Shown here piece by piece: positions 9,414 to 18,717 of a DNA stretch of 64,000 bases. Each line of letters starts with the position of its first letter. Position 1 is the first letter of the stretch. The notes beneath the pieces are model-generated. The model was given only the letters and a program-made list of their open reading frames with translations, was not told the origin of the DNA and searched no databases. This DNA comes from an uncultured Solirubrobacteraceae bacterium (GTDB lineage: Bacteria > Actinomycetota > Thermoleophilia > Solirubrobacterales > Solirubrobacteraceae). The DNA is taken from contig CAWIHX010000005.1 of the NCBI GenBank assembly GCA_963836035.1, positions 118,603 to 182,602 of the forward strand. Direction: 5' to 3'. Made by a program: the position numbers and the translations under genes.

Positions 9414-11522
9414 ATGGATCTGGGCCGCGCTCGCAAGATCCTCAACGTCGCCGACAGCGCGTTCATCTCGATGGACGATCAGGGGTGCGTCACCTACTGG
9501 AACATCCGCGCCGAAGAGACGTTCGGCTGGACGCGTGAGCAGGCGGTCGGCCGCAATGTGATCGAGCTCATCGTGCCCGAGCGCTACCGCGAGGCGCTGC
9601 GCGATGGGTTCCGCCGCTTCAAAGCCGGCGGCGAGACGCGGCTCGTGGAGCGGCGCACCGAGCAGATCGGGGTCCGCGCCGACGGCAGCGAGTTCCCGGT
9701 CGAAGTGATCGTCTCGGCGCTCGAGGAGGACGACGGCCATTCCTTTCACGCCTTCATCACCGACATCTCCGAGCGCGTGGCCCGCGAGGAGGAGCGCAAG
9801 CGGCTGCTCGCCGAGCTCGAGCGCGCGCTCGCCGGCTCCGAGCAGCGCCTGCAGGCGATCGTCGACTCGCTGGTCGAGGCGATCACGATCCGCGCTCCAG
9901 ACGACCGCCTGATCTACGCCAACCGCGCCGCTCTCGACCGCCTCGGGATGGCCTCGGTCGAGGAGCTGGCGTCAGCCGACCCGCGCGCGCTGATGCGCGA
10001 TCACGAAGTGTGGACCGAGGACGGGCGCGATGTGGCGATGGACGACCTGCCCTCGGTACGCCTGCTGCGCGGGGAGGAGCGCCCCGAGCCGATGCTGCTG
10101 CGGACGGTCGAGAAGGCACGCGGGGAGGAGCACTGGGTGCTGCTGAAGGCCGCGGCGGTGCGCTCGGAGGAGGGAGAGATCGAAGCCGCGGTGACGATCA
10201 TCGAGGACGTCACGACGAGCAAGCGGCTGCAGCTGCGCAGCGATTTCCTCGCGCGCGCGGCGACGCAGCTGGCGTCCTCGCTTGACTACCAGCAGACGCT
10301 GCAGAACGTGGCCGGCCTGGCGGTGCCGGTGCTGGCCGACTGGTGCGGGGTCGATCTGATCGACGAGGAAGGACGCCGCGAGCCGGTCGCCGTGGCCCAC
10401 GTCGATCCGGCTCGGGTCGAGCTGGCGAGGCGGTTGCGCGAGTACGAGCCGGAGCACATGCAGCCCGACCGCGGCATCGGCAGGGTGGTCGCGACGGGCG
10501 AGCCGGTGCTCTACAACGACATCCCGGTGGAGCTGCTGCGCCAGGCGGCCGCGGATGAGGAGCACCTGCGGCTGCTGCGCGAGGTGGGGATGCGCGCGGT
10601 GCTGCTCGTCCCGATGAAGATCCGGGGCCGTACGATCGGCACGATCTCGCTCGTCAGCGCCGAATCGGGCCGCACCTTCGATGCCGGCGATGTCGAGTTC
10701 GCCGAGCAGATCGCGGAGCGGGCGGCGCTGGCCGTCGAGAACGCGCGCCTCTACGGCGAACGCGCCGGCATCGCCCGCACCCTGCAGGCGAGCCTGCTGC
10801 CCGAAGCATTGCCGGAGCTGCCCGGCTGGGAGCTGGCGGCGATGTATCGCCCCGCCGCTCAGATGGGAGAGGTCGGCGGCGACTTCTACGACGTGTGGGA
10901 GGCCGGAGAGGACTGGCTGCTGATGATCGGCGACGTGACCGGCAAGGGGGTGCGCGCCGCCGCGGTCACCTCGCTGGTGCGCCATGCGGCCTGGACCGCC
11001 TCCGAATTCGACCCGCGGCCGGCCCACCTGCTGGAACGGGTCAACGCCGCGCTGCGCCGGCGTCCGTCGCTGTCGGTTTGCACGGCGCTCTGCCTGCGCA
11101 TCTCGGGCTCGAGGGTGACCGTGGCCTCGGGTGGCCATCCGCTGCCCTGGCTGCTCGGGGAGGACGGCGTCGTGGAGGTCGGCAACCACGGCACCCTGCT
11201 CGGTGCCTTCGCGCGCGCGCAGTGGCCGGAAGACAGCTACACGCTGGGCCCCGGCGAGTCGTTGGTGGCGATCACCGACGGCGTCACCGACACCGTCGGC
11301 GCGGACGACGAACGCTTCGGCCAGGAGCGGCTGCGCGCGCTCCTCCACGAGGTGAAGGGCGGCTCGCCGGCGGCGATCCGGGAACGGGTGGTCGCGGCGC
11401 TCGAGCGCTTCCAGGTGGGGGCGCAGGCCGACGACACGGCGCTCGTCGCGATGCGTCGCGCGGGCGAAAGAAACGGGACGGGCGGCACGGCGAACGCCGC
11501 CGAGCCGGCGGTGAGGGCGTAG
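9414..11522 (+). CDS. PAS-PAS-GAF-SpoIIE (PP2C) phosphatase, RsbU-like
   Basis: N-terminal PAS ('YWNIRAEETFGW'), GAF ('LADWCGVDL'), 'VGGDFYD', 'IGDVTGKG', 'TDGVTD', 'DDTAL'. Confidence 0.92.
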   Translation: MDLGRARKILNVADSAFISMDDQGCVTYWNIRAEETFGWTREQAVGRNVIELIVPERYREALRDGFRRFKAGGETRLVERRTEQIGVRADGSEFPVEVIVSALEEDDGHSFHAFITDISERVAREEERKRLLAELERALAGSEQRLQAIVDSLVEAITIRAPDDRLIYANRAALDRLGMASVEELASADPRALMRDHEVWTEDGRDVAMDDLPSVRLLRGEERPEPMLLRTVEKARGEEHWVLLKAAAVRSEEGEIEAAVTIIEDVTTSKRLQLRSDFLARAATQLASSLDYQQTLQNVAGLAVPVLADWCGVDLIDEEGRREPVAVAHVDPARVELARRLREYEPEHMQPDRGIGRVVATGEPVLYNDIPVELLRQAAADEEHLRLLREVGMRAVLLVPMKIRGRTIGTISLVSAESGRTFDAGDVEFAEQIAERAALAVENARLYGERAGIARTLQASLLPEALPELPGWELAAMYRPAAQMGEVGGDFYDVWEAGEDWLLMIGDVTGKGVRAAAVTSLVRHAAWTASEFDPRPAHLLERVNAALRRRPSLSVCTALCLRISGSRVTVASGGHPLPWLLGEDGVVEVGNHGTLLGAFARAQWPEDSYTLGPGESLVAITDGVTDTVGADDERFGQERLRALLHEVKGGSPAAIRERVVAALERFQVGAQADDTALVAMRRAGERNGTGGTANAAEPAVRA

Positions 11523-11861
11523 ATGGCGATCGCGGGCCCGCTCCGGATCGAATCCCAGCTCGAGGACGGCCGCGCACGCATGACGCTCGTGGGCGAGCTC
11601 GACATCGCGACGATCCCTCGGCTCGACGCGGCCGTGGACGCGTTGCTGGCACAGGGGCCGCGCGAGCTCCTCGTCGACCTGCGGCCGCTCGGCTTCCTCG
11701 ACTCCTCGGGGCTGCGCGCGTTCATCGTGCTGGCGGACCGCGCCGCCGAGGAGGGCTGGAGCCTGCTGCTCGTCCGCCCGGAGAAGCCGGTGCTCGCGGT
11801 CTTCCAGATCACGCGCGCGGAGGAGAACCTGCCGTTCGTCGACGAGCCGCCGGTGCTGTGA
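11523..11861 (+). CDS. STAS anti-sigma factor antagonist (RsbV-like)
   Basis: 'GELDIAT', 'DLRPLGFLDSSGL' with the phosphoacceptor Ser. Confidence 0.9.
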   Translation: MAIAGPLRIESQLEDGRARMTLVGELDIATIPRLDAAVDALLAQGPRELLVDLRPLGFLDSSGLRAFIVLADRAAEEGWSLLLVRPEKPVLAVFQITRAEENLPFVDEPPVL

Positions 11862-12280
11862 GCGTTGCCCGCGGAGATGAAGCGGGGCCGGTCCGTTCGC
11901 TGCGGCTGCAGCTCGAGCGCGACATCAGCGCCCCGGCGCTCGCCCGCTCGGCGGTCGGCGAGCAGCTGCTCTCGCTCGGCGTCGACGGGTCATTCGGCCA
12001 GACCGTCGTGCTGCTGGTCTCCGAGGTCGTCTCCAACGCCGTGCGTCACTCCAACGGCCCACCGGAGGAGGGGATCTCGCTCGACGCGACCGTCACCGAC
12101 CGCTTCGTGCGCATCGCGGTCACGGACGCCGGCTCCGGGTTCAGCCCGCGTCCGCGCGACCCCGAGCGGCTCGGCGAGGGCTACGGCCTCTACCTGCTCG
12201 CCAAAGCGGCGAGCGCCTGGGGCGTCGACACCGCGGACGGCACGACCGTCTGGTTCGAGCTCGCCCGCGAGGGCGTCTAG
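11858..12280 (+). CDS. Anti-sigma factor / Ser kinase, HATPase_c_2 (RsbW-like)
   Basis: C-terminal part of ORF 10895..12280: 'LLVSEVVSNAVRHS', 'VTDAGSG', 'GYGLYL', 'VWFEL'; GTG overlaps STAS stop. Confidence 0.85.
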   Translation: MSVARGDEAGPVRSLRLQLERDISAPALARSAVGEQLLSLGVDGSFGQTVVLLVSEVVSNAVRHSNGPPEEGISLDATVTDRFVRIAVTDAGSGFSPRPRDPERLGEGYGLYLLAKAASAWGVDTADGTTVWFELAREGV

Positions 12281-13690
12281 CTAGAGCACCTGGACCTGGA
12301 ACAGGCTCGTCGTCCCCGGGCGTCCCGAGGGCAGGCCGGCGGTGATGCCGACGCGCTGGCCGCGCGAGCACCAGCCGAGCTCGACGACGCGGCGGGCCGC
12401 GTCTGCGATCAGGGCCTCGGTCGTCTCGTGGCGGGGCATCGACGCCGCCTGCACCCCCCACATCAAGCCGCATCGGCGGACCGTCTCCCGTCCGGGAGAG
12501 AGCGCGTAGATCGGCACCGTCGGCCTGTGCGCGGAGACGAGGCGGGCAGAGCGGCCCGAGAGCGTCGGGATCACGAGCGCGTCGAGCGCCAGCTCGCGCG
12601 CAGCGTCGCAGAGGTTGTGGGCGATCGTGTAGGCGGGATCCGAGCCGGTGCGTCGCACGCGGGACTCGTTCCAGCGCTCGTAGGGCGCGATCGACTCGGC
12701 CTGCTCGGCGACGGCGGCCATCATCGCGACCGCCTCGACCGGGTAGGCGCCGATCGCGGTCTCCTGCGAGAGCATCACGGCGTCGGTGCCGTCGAGGATC
12801 GCGTTCGCGACGTCGGCCACCTCGGCGCGGGTCGGGCGCGATGAGTTGACCATCGAGTCGAGCATCTGCGTCGCGGTGATCGAGGGCCGCGCCGCCCATC
12901 CGGCCAGCTCGATCAGCTGCTTCTGCACGAGCGGGACCTGCGCGATCGGCAGCTCGATGCCGAGATCGCCGCGCGCGACCATCACGCAGTCCGCGGCGCC
13001 GATGATCTCCTCCGCCCGTTCCACCGCCTGGGGCTTCTCGATCTTCGCGATCAGCGGCAGCCGCGTGTGCTCGCGAACCATCTGGACGTCGTCTGGCGAG
13101 CGCACGAAGGACAGCGCGACCATGTCCACGCCGATCGACTCGCCGTGGTCGAGCAGGCGGAGATCCTCCTCGGGCACCGCGGGCAACGCGTCCGCCGGGC
13201 CGGGGATGTTGAGGCCCTGTCTCGAGGCGACGGCGCCGCCGACCTCGATTTCGGTGTCGACCTCGCACTCGGCGATCCTCACGGCGGTGACGCGGAGGCG
13301 CACCGAGCCGTCTGCGAGATAAAGGATGGAGTCGGGCTCGACGGCCTCCGCGAGGCCCGCCCAGGAGATGCTCATGCGGTGGGCGTCGCCCGGCACGTCG
13401 CCATCGCCGCAGATGATCGTGAGGCGCTCGCCGGGCGTCAGCTCGACCACGTCTGACGCGATCGGCCCGATCCGCAGCTTCGGGCCGGGCAGGTCCTGGA
13501 GGATCGCGACGGGGCGCCCCGCCTGGCCCGCTGCGTCGCGCACGCGGCGCACCGTCTCGGCGTGCTCGTCGAGCGAGCCGTGGGAGTAGTTCAGACGCGC
13601 GACGTCCATCCCCGCCTCGACCAGCCGCACGAGCGTCTGCGGCTCCCGTGAGGCGGGGCCGATGGTGGCGACGATCTTGGTGCGGCGCAT
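12281..13690 (-). CDS. pyk: Pyruvate kinase
   Basis: 'RRTKIVATIGPAS', 'DLPGPKLR', 'IAKIEK', 'MVARGDLG', 'ATQMLDSM', 'MLSQETA'. Confidence 0.97.
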   Translation of the reverse strand: MRRTKIVATIGPASREPQTLVRLVEAGMDVARLNYSHGSLDEHAETVRRVRDAAGQAGRPVAILQDLPGPKLRIGPIASDVVELTPGERLTIICGDGDVPGDAHRMSISWAGLAEAVEPDSILYLADGSVRLRVTAVRIAECEVDTEIEVGGAVASRQGLNIPGPADALPAVPEEDLRLLDHGESIGVDMVALSFVRSPDDVQMVREHTRLPLIAKIEKPQAVERAEEIIGAADCVMVARGDLGIELPIAQVPLVQKQLIELAGWAARPSITATQMLDSMVNSSRPTRAEVADVANAILDGTDAVMLSQETAIGAYPVEAVAMMAAVAEQAESIAPYERWNESRVRRTGSDPAYTIAHNLCDAARELALDALVIPTLSGRSARLVSAHRPTVPIYALSPGRETVRRCGLMWGVQAASMPRHETTEALIADAARRVVELGWCSRGQRVGITAGLPSGRPGTTSLFQVQVL

Positions 13691-13742
13691 GCCTGGACGG
13701 TATCGGGCGCGGAGCCGGAAACCGGGGGGCTAGCATCGGCTC

Positions 13743-13976
13743 GTGCTCCGTCCCACCCGTCCGATGCCCCGCGCCGGCGCGCGCGCCCGCATCTGCCACT
13801 TCGGCGGCGGCCACGAGGCGGCGACGATCGTGGCGGTCCGGGAGGAGGGCCGTCGCCTCGACGTCCGCGACGAGAGCGGCGCCATCCGGGAGTTCGTGCT
13901 CAACCCGGCGACCGCGCGTTTCCTGCCCGCCGGCAGCGCGCAGGGGGAGCGGCTGGAACTGCTGGACGGGGGCTGA
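13743..13976 (+). CDS. Small hypothetical protein (beta-rich)
   Basis: Fills the gap between pyk and the next gene; TAGCAT box 6 nt before GTG 13743. Confidence 0.6.
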   Translation: MLRPTRPMPRAGARARICHFGGGHEAATIVAVREEGRRLDVRDESGAIREFVLNPATARFLPAGSAQGERLELLDGG

Positions 13977-13989
13977 GCCGCGCCGAGCC

Positions 13990-14364
13990 CTAAGGCACCT
14001 GGACATCCGGGAAGCACTCTGCGCAGTGCGCGCGAAGCGTCTCCCGCACCCACTTCCGCTCGCCGGGCGAAGCAAGCCGCAGCCGCCCGAGCAGCTGGGC
14101 CTGACCTTCGGTCGGCACGCCTGAGACCGTCCAGCTCACCGCCAGGTGCTCGAACAGCAGCTCGAACGCGCGCTGCTCGGCGTCCTCGCGCGAGACGCCC
14201 GCCGCGAGCGCGGCTGAGTACTCCCTTCGCGACCCGGGGCTCAGCGCGCCGCGCAGGCGCAGCGTGTTGCCCGCGCCGTCCTCGTAGTCGGTTTGGGGTG
14301 CCCGCCCAGCCGCGCGCGGCGCCTTCGCCTCGCCGGCTGCGCGGCGCCGCGAGCGCTTGCCCAC
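13990..14364 (-). CDS. Hypothetical protein
   Basis: GTG at 14364 directly after the stop of the SnoaL-MBL gene; normal globular composition. Confidence 0.65.
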   Translation of the reverse strand: MGKRSRRRAAGEAKAPRAAGRAPQTDYEDGAGNTLRLRGALSPGSRREYSAALAAGVSREDAEQRAFELLFEHLAVSWTVSGVPTEGQAQLLGRLRLASPGERKWVRETLRAHCAECFPDVQVP

Positions 14365-14365
14365 G

Positions 14366-15652
14366 CTAGGCGGGGGCGTCGGCGGCGCGCAGCAGCGCGC
14401 CGCGCACGTCCCCGGTGAGCGGCTTGGCGTGGCCGGGCCAGGCGGCCGCGGGCTCGAGTTCGGCGAGCTTGCGCATGCTCGCACGGGCCTGCTCGGTGTC
14501 GTAGTTGTAGACCGGGAACGGCACGTGAGGCTCGGAGTCGCGACCCCAGATGTCGAGCGTGTAGAAGCAGTCGCTGACGAGCGCGAGCCGGTCCGACTCC
14601 CGCCACAGGCCGATCTGGCCGGGAGCGTGGCCGGGCAGCTCGATCACCTTGAAGCCGGCGATGTCGTCGCCCTCGCTGACGGTGCCGGCGATCGACACCG
14701 GCCCGCCGTCCCAGGCGTAGCGGTGCATCAGGCGCTGGACCTGGCGGTGCGGCGTCGGGATCCCCGCGAGGCCCTCGGGCCAGTAGCGAAAGCCGCCGCT
14801 GCCCTCCGCGTCGATCACCTCGTCGGGGTGGCAGTAGACGGGAGCGCCGATCGCCGGGGCGGTGCCGCGGTGGTCGGTGTGTCCGTGACCGAGCACGATG
14901 CGGTTGATGCCGCCGCGCTTCGCGCCGGCACGAGCGACCGCGCGGGTCATCGTGCGCGCGCCGGCGTCGAACAACGTCACTCCATCCTCATCCTCGATCA
15001 AGTAGACGTTGCATCGCGCCGGCTGTCCCTGGACGACCCACACGCCCTCGGCGACGAGCTTGGCCTCGCCGGCCATGAGGCCGTCGGTGAGCTTGGTCTT
15101 GGCGTTGAACGCGCGCGTCATGCGCTGTTCGGCAGCCGAGTCCTGCGGCGGCATCATGCCCATCTGGCGCGCGATGGTCATGTTGTCGGTGAAGGCGTCG
15201 TTGGAGACGATCAGCCCGTCGCGCACGGTGACGAGGTCGAAGCCTTCGAGGTCGATCGGGCTGCCGTTCGGCGCGACGCCGCCGAGCGATCCAGGCCCGG
15301 CGAAGGTCCCGCGCATGTGCCACTGCACCCCGCAGCGTTCGCCCTCGGTGGTCGTCGAGACGATCTGGAAGCTGAGGTCGGGGACGGCGTCCATCAGCTC
15401 GCCGAGGAAGGCGCGCACGCCCTCGGGCGCGACGGCGTCGACGCGTCCGCGGACGATGTCGTGGCCGCCGGGCGCCCAGAGCGAGACGGCCTCGTCGAGG
15501 TCGCGGCGGTCGATCGCCTCGAAGTAGCGTCTCGCCACGCTCTCGGCCTTGCTGCCCGAGATGCGTTTGCGCGTCGCGGCCGCCTGCTGCATGTTCGCGG
15601 CCACCTCCTGCACCTTCGTGCTCGCCTCGCCCGTCTTGTCCCGCTCGGCCAT
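14366..15652 (-). CDS. SnoaL-like (NTF2 fold) domain fused to MBL-fold hydrolase
   Basis: N-terminal 'VARRYFEAIDRRDLD', 'AVPDLSF', 'QWHMRGT'; C-terminal 'HGHTDH', 'PGHAPG', 'PGH'; AAGGAGG RBS upstream. Confidence 0.85.
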   Translation of the reverse strand: MAERDKTGEASTKVQEVAANMQQAAATRKRISGSKAESVARRYFEAIDRRDLDEAVSLWAPGGHDIVRGRVDAVAPEGVRAFLGELMDAVPDLSFQIVSTTTEGERCGVQWHMRGTFAGPGSLGGVAPNGSPIDLEGFDLVTVRDGLIVSNDAFTDNMTIARQMGMMPPQDSAAEQRMTRAFNAKTKLTDGLMAGEAKLVAEGVWVVQGQPARCNVYLIEDEDGVTLFDAGARTMTRAVARAGAKRGGINRIVLGHGHTDHRGTAPAIGAPVYCHPDEVIDAEGSGGFRYWPEGLAGIPTPHRQVQRLMHRYAWDGGPVSIAGTVSEGDDIAGFKVIELPGHAPGQIGLWRESDRLALVSDCFYTLDIWGRDSEPHVPFPVYNYDTEQARASMRKLAELEPAAAWPGHAKPLTGDVRGALLRAADAPA

Positions 15653-15699
15653 CCCCGCCTCCTTTACGCCCAGGAAGGGCCGTAGTCTAGTCTCGGCGC

Positions 15700-16692
15700 A
15701 TGCCGGAAGCGGGCAGCCGCCGGGAGGTCGGACGGGGCGAACGGATCCTCCCGGGTGTCTACCGCCTGCGGCTGCCCCTGCCGTGGCCCGGGGTCCCGCA
15801 CTGCAACGCCTGGGCCCTCTCCGCCGGCGACGGCTTCGTCCTCGTCGACACGGGCGTGCACGACGAGGACTCGATGGCGCACCTCGAGCGCGCGCTCGAG
15901 ATGTGCGGCCTGCGTCTCGACGACGCGAAGCTCGTGGTCTGCACGCACGCCCACTCGGATCACTGCGGGCAGGCCGTGCCGATCGCCGAGCGCGCGGGCT
16001 GCGAGCTGTGGATGCACCCGAGCCACGAGCTGATGAGCCGGCTCGTCGAAGACCCCGACGCCGTGCTCGCGAGGCGGCTGGAGGTCGCCCGCCAGAGCGG
16101 CGTCCCGGAGGAGCCGCTGCGCCGCTACGCCGCCGAGCGCGGGCGCTCGGATCCGCTCATCGTCGGGCCGCTGAAGGCCGACCGGGACCTGGTCGAGGGC
16201 GTCACGCTCCTGACCGACCTCGGCGAGTGGGTCACCTACGAGACGCCCGGCCACGCGCCCTCGCACGTCTGCCTCTTCCAGCCCGAGCGGCGCCTGCTGC
16301 TCTCGGGCGACCACCTGCTCGGGCGCATCTCGCTCTACTTCGAGTACGGCTACTCGCCCGACCCTGTCGGCGAGTTCCTGAACTCGCTGGAGGTCGTCGA
16401 GCGGCTCGGCGCGCGCCTCTGCCTGGCCGGCCACGGGCGCACGTTCACCGACGTCCACGCCCACATCCACGGCAACCGCGCGCTCGTCGAGGAGCACCTC
16501 TACAAGGTGCTGCAGGCGCTGGCCGGGACAGAGGTGACGGCCTTCGACGTGGTCGGCGCCGTCTACGGCGAGTCGCTCTCGCAGCAGAACGGCCAGTGGC
16601 TGCTCTCCCAGACGCTCGGTTACCTGACGCACCTGGAGCAGACCGGGGCGGCGCGGCGCATCCCCGGTGAGCCCGAGCGCTGGACGGCATAA
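15700..16692 (+). CDS. MBL-fold metallo-hydrolase
   Basis: 'THAHSDH', 'TPGHAPSH', 'SGDHLL', 'AGHG'; TAGTCT box 6 nt before ATG. Confidence 0.9.
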   Translation: MPEAGSRREVGRGERILPGVYRLRLPLPWPGVPHCNAWALSAGDGFVLVDTGVHDEDSMAHLERALEMCGLRLDDAKLVVCTHAHSDHCGQAVPIAERAGCELWMHPSHELMSRLVEDPDAVLARRLEVARQSGVPEEPLRRYAAERGRSDPLIVGPLKADRDLVEGVTLLTDLGEWVTYETPGHAPSHVCLFQPERRLLLSGDHLLGRISLYFEYGYSPDPVGEFLNSLEVVERLGARLCLAGHGRTFTDVHAHIHGNRALVEEHLYKVLQALAGTEVTAFDVVGAVYGESLSQQNGQWLLSQTLGYLTHLEQTGAARRIPGEPERWTA

Positions 16693-16699
16693 TCCCCAG

Positions 16700-17647
16700 A
16701 TGCGCATCGACGAGATCCTGAGCGCCGACGGCCCGATCTTCTCGTTCGAGTTCTTCCCGCCCAAGACGCCCGAGGGGGAGAAGAACCTATACGCGGCGCT
16801 CGCCGACCTGCGCCCGCTGCAGCCCGCCTTCGTCTCGGTCACCTACGGCGCCGGCGGCTCCACGCGCGAGAAGACGATCGAGATCGTCAAGCGGATCAAG
16901 GAGGAGTGGGGCCTGGAGGCGATGGCTCACTTCACCTGCGTCGGCGCGACCGTGCCCGAGCTGCGGGCGACTCTCGACGAGATGCGCGACGCCGGCATCG
17001 AGAACGTGCTCGCGCTGCGCGGCGACCCCCCGGCCGGCGAGACGGAGTGGACGAAGACCGAGGGCGGCCTCGAGTACTCGCGCGAGCTGGTCGAGCTGAT
17101 CGGCGCCGACTACCCATCCTTGGCAGTAGGCGCGGCGTGCTTCCCCGAGACCCACATCCACGCCACCACCCCCGAGGACGACCTGCGCCACCTCGGCGAG
17201 AAGGTGCAGGCGGGCGTCGACTTCCTGATCACGCAGCTGTTCTTCGACAACGCCTACTACTTCGAGTTCCTCGCGCGCGCCCGCGCGGCGGGGATCACGG
17301 TGCCGATCATCCCCGGGATCATGCCCATCACGCGCGTCGGGCAGATCGAGCGGATGGCGGCGATGTGCGGCTCGAAGATCCCCGAGGAGCTGCGTCGCGA
17401 GCTGCACGCCCGCGAGGACGACGCCGAGGCGGTACTCGACTTCGGCGTCGCCTACGCCACGCTGCAATGCTCGGAGCTGCTCGCCGCCGGCGCGCCCGGG
17501 ATCCACTTCTACACGCTGAACCGCTCACCGGCCACGCGCGCGATCCTGAGCGCGCTGAGGATCGCGAGGCCCTGGGAGAAGGCCGTCTACCCCGGCTCGA
17601 TCTCGAGCCCCTCGGCCACGCGCGGCGAGCCGTCGGCGGCCTCGTAG
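16700..17647 (+). CDS. metF: 5,10-methylenetetrahydrofolate reductase
   Basis: 'SFEFFPPKT', 'SVTYGAGG', 'AHFTC', 'LALRGD', 'ITQLFFD', 'HFYTLN'. Confidence 0.96.
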   Translation: MRIDEILSADGPIFSFEFFPPKTPEGEKNLYAALADLRPLQPAFVSVTYGAGGSTREKTIEIVKRIKEEWGLEAMAHFTCVGATVPELRATLDEMRDAGIENVLALRGDPPAGETEWTKTEGGLEYSRELVELIGADYPSLAVGAACFPETHIHATTPEDDLRHLGEKVQAGVDFLITQLFFDNAYYFEFLARARAAGITVPIIPGIMPITRVGQIERMAAMCGSKIPEELRRELHAREDDAEAVLDFGVAYATLQCSELLAAGAPGIHFYTLNRSPATRAILSALRIARPWEKAVYPGSISSPSATRGEPSAAS

Positions 17648-17865
17648 CGCACGTCCACCGAGTCGTCCTGGCGGTAGGTGCCCACGCCCCAGGCGCCGAG
17701 CAGCCAGCGCCAGCCGCTGATCTTGTCCTTGCGCAGCTCGCGCTCGAAGACGAGCGCCCCTTCGCGCACGCTGTAGTCGACGCCCGCCTGCTGGCGCACG
17801 CCGTTCAGGTAGACCTCATACGGACCGCGGACGTCGCGGGGCAGCTTCACCCGGGAGTTCGCCAT
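17587..17865 (-). CDS. Small hypothetical protein
   Basis: 'YEVYLNGVRQQAGVDYSV'; GATAAT box 7 nt before ATG; overlaps the metF 3' end by 61 bp. Confidence 0.65.
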   Translation of the reverse strand: MANSRVKLPRDVRGPYEVYLNGVRQQAGVDYSVREGALVFERELRKDKISGWRWLLGAWGVGTYRQDDSVDVRYEAADGSPRVAEGLEIEPG

Positions 17866-17890
17866 GGCACGGATTATCGCGCTCGCCCGG

Positions 17891-18649
17891 CTACCCCGGC
17901 GGGGCGGTGCGGCGAATGACTTCGGGGCCTTCCTCGAGCTGGCGCTCGTGCGCGGCGAGCACGATCTCACAGGCGTCCGCCGGCGATTCGACCACCTGGA
18001 CGAGCCCGAGGTCGTCCGCGTCGATGTAGCGGTACCCGAACGGTCCTTCGCGCAGCCACGCCAGCAGGCCATCCCACTCGCCGTCGCCCACCATGATCGT
18101 CGGCACGTGTCGGATCGTGTGCGTCTGGGTCAGCGTCAGCACCTCGAACAGCTCGTCGAGGGTCCCGTATCCGCCGGGGCAGATCACGAATGCGCTCGCG
18201 TAGCGGACGAACATCACCTTGCGCGCGAAGAAGTGCTCGAAATGCAGCGAGATGTCGAGATAGGGGTTGCTGGCCTGCTCGTGCGGGAGCTCGATGTTGC
18301 AGCCGACCGAAAGCGCCCCTGCTTCGCGGGCGCCGCGGTTGGCAGCCTCCATCAGCCCGGGGCCGCCGCCGGTGATGACCGCGAAGCCGGCGTGACCGAG
18401 CGCGGCGCCGAGCGCGCGGGCGAGCTCGTAGTGCGGCGAGCCCGGGGCGGCGCGGGCCGAGCCGAAGACGGTCACGGCGCGTTCGACCTGCGCGAGCGCG
18501 CGGAAGCCGGCCGCGAACTCGGCGGCGATGTCGCGCACGCGGTCGGCATCGGCCGCGCGGACCTCAGGCACCTCGCCGTCGAGCCACATGAGCAGCTCCT
18601 GGTCGAGCGTCGGTTTGCGTCTTTTCGGCCGTCCGCTGTCCGGGACCAT
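17891..18649 (-). CDS. LOG family protein (TIGR00730 Rossmann fold)
   Basis: 'VFGSAR', 'TGGGPGLMEAANRGA', 'HFFARKVMF', 'PGGYGTLDELFE'. Confidence 0.92.
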   Translation of the reverse strand: MVPDSGRPKRRKPTLDQELLMWLDGEVPEVRAADADRVRDIAAEFAAGFRALAQVERAVTVFGSARAAPGSPHYELARALGAALGHAGFAVITGGGPGLMEAANRGAREAGALSVGCNIELPHEQASNPYLDISLHFEHFFARKVMFVRYASAFVICPGGYGTLDELFEVLTLTQTHTIRHVPTIMVGDGEWDGLLAWLREGPFGYRYIDADDLGLVQVVESPADACEIVLAAHERQLEEGPEVIRRTAPPG

Positions 18650-18717
18650 CGGGCTGGAGAGTATTTCGAGGCCGCCCGTCCGCGGGCCGCCGCCAGGCGG
18701 CGTACGCTGCCGGGGCG

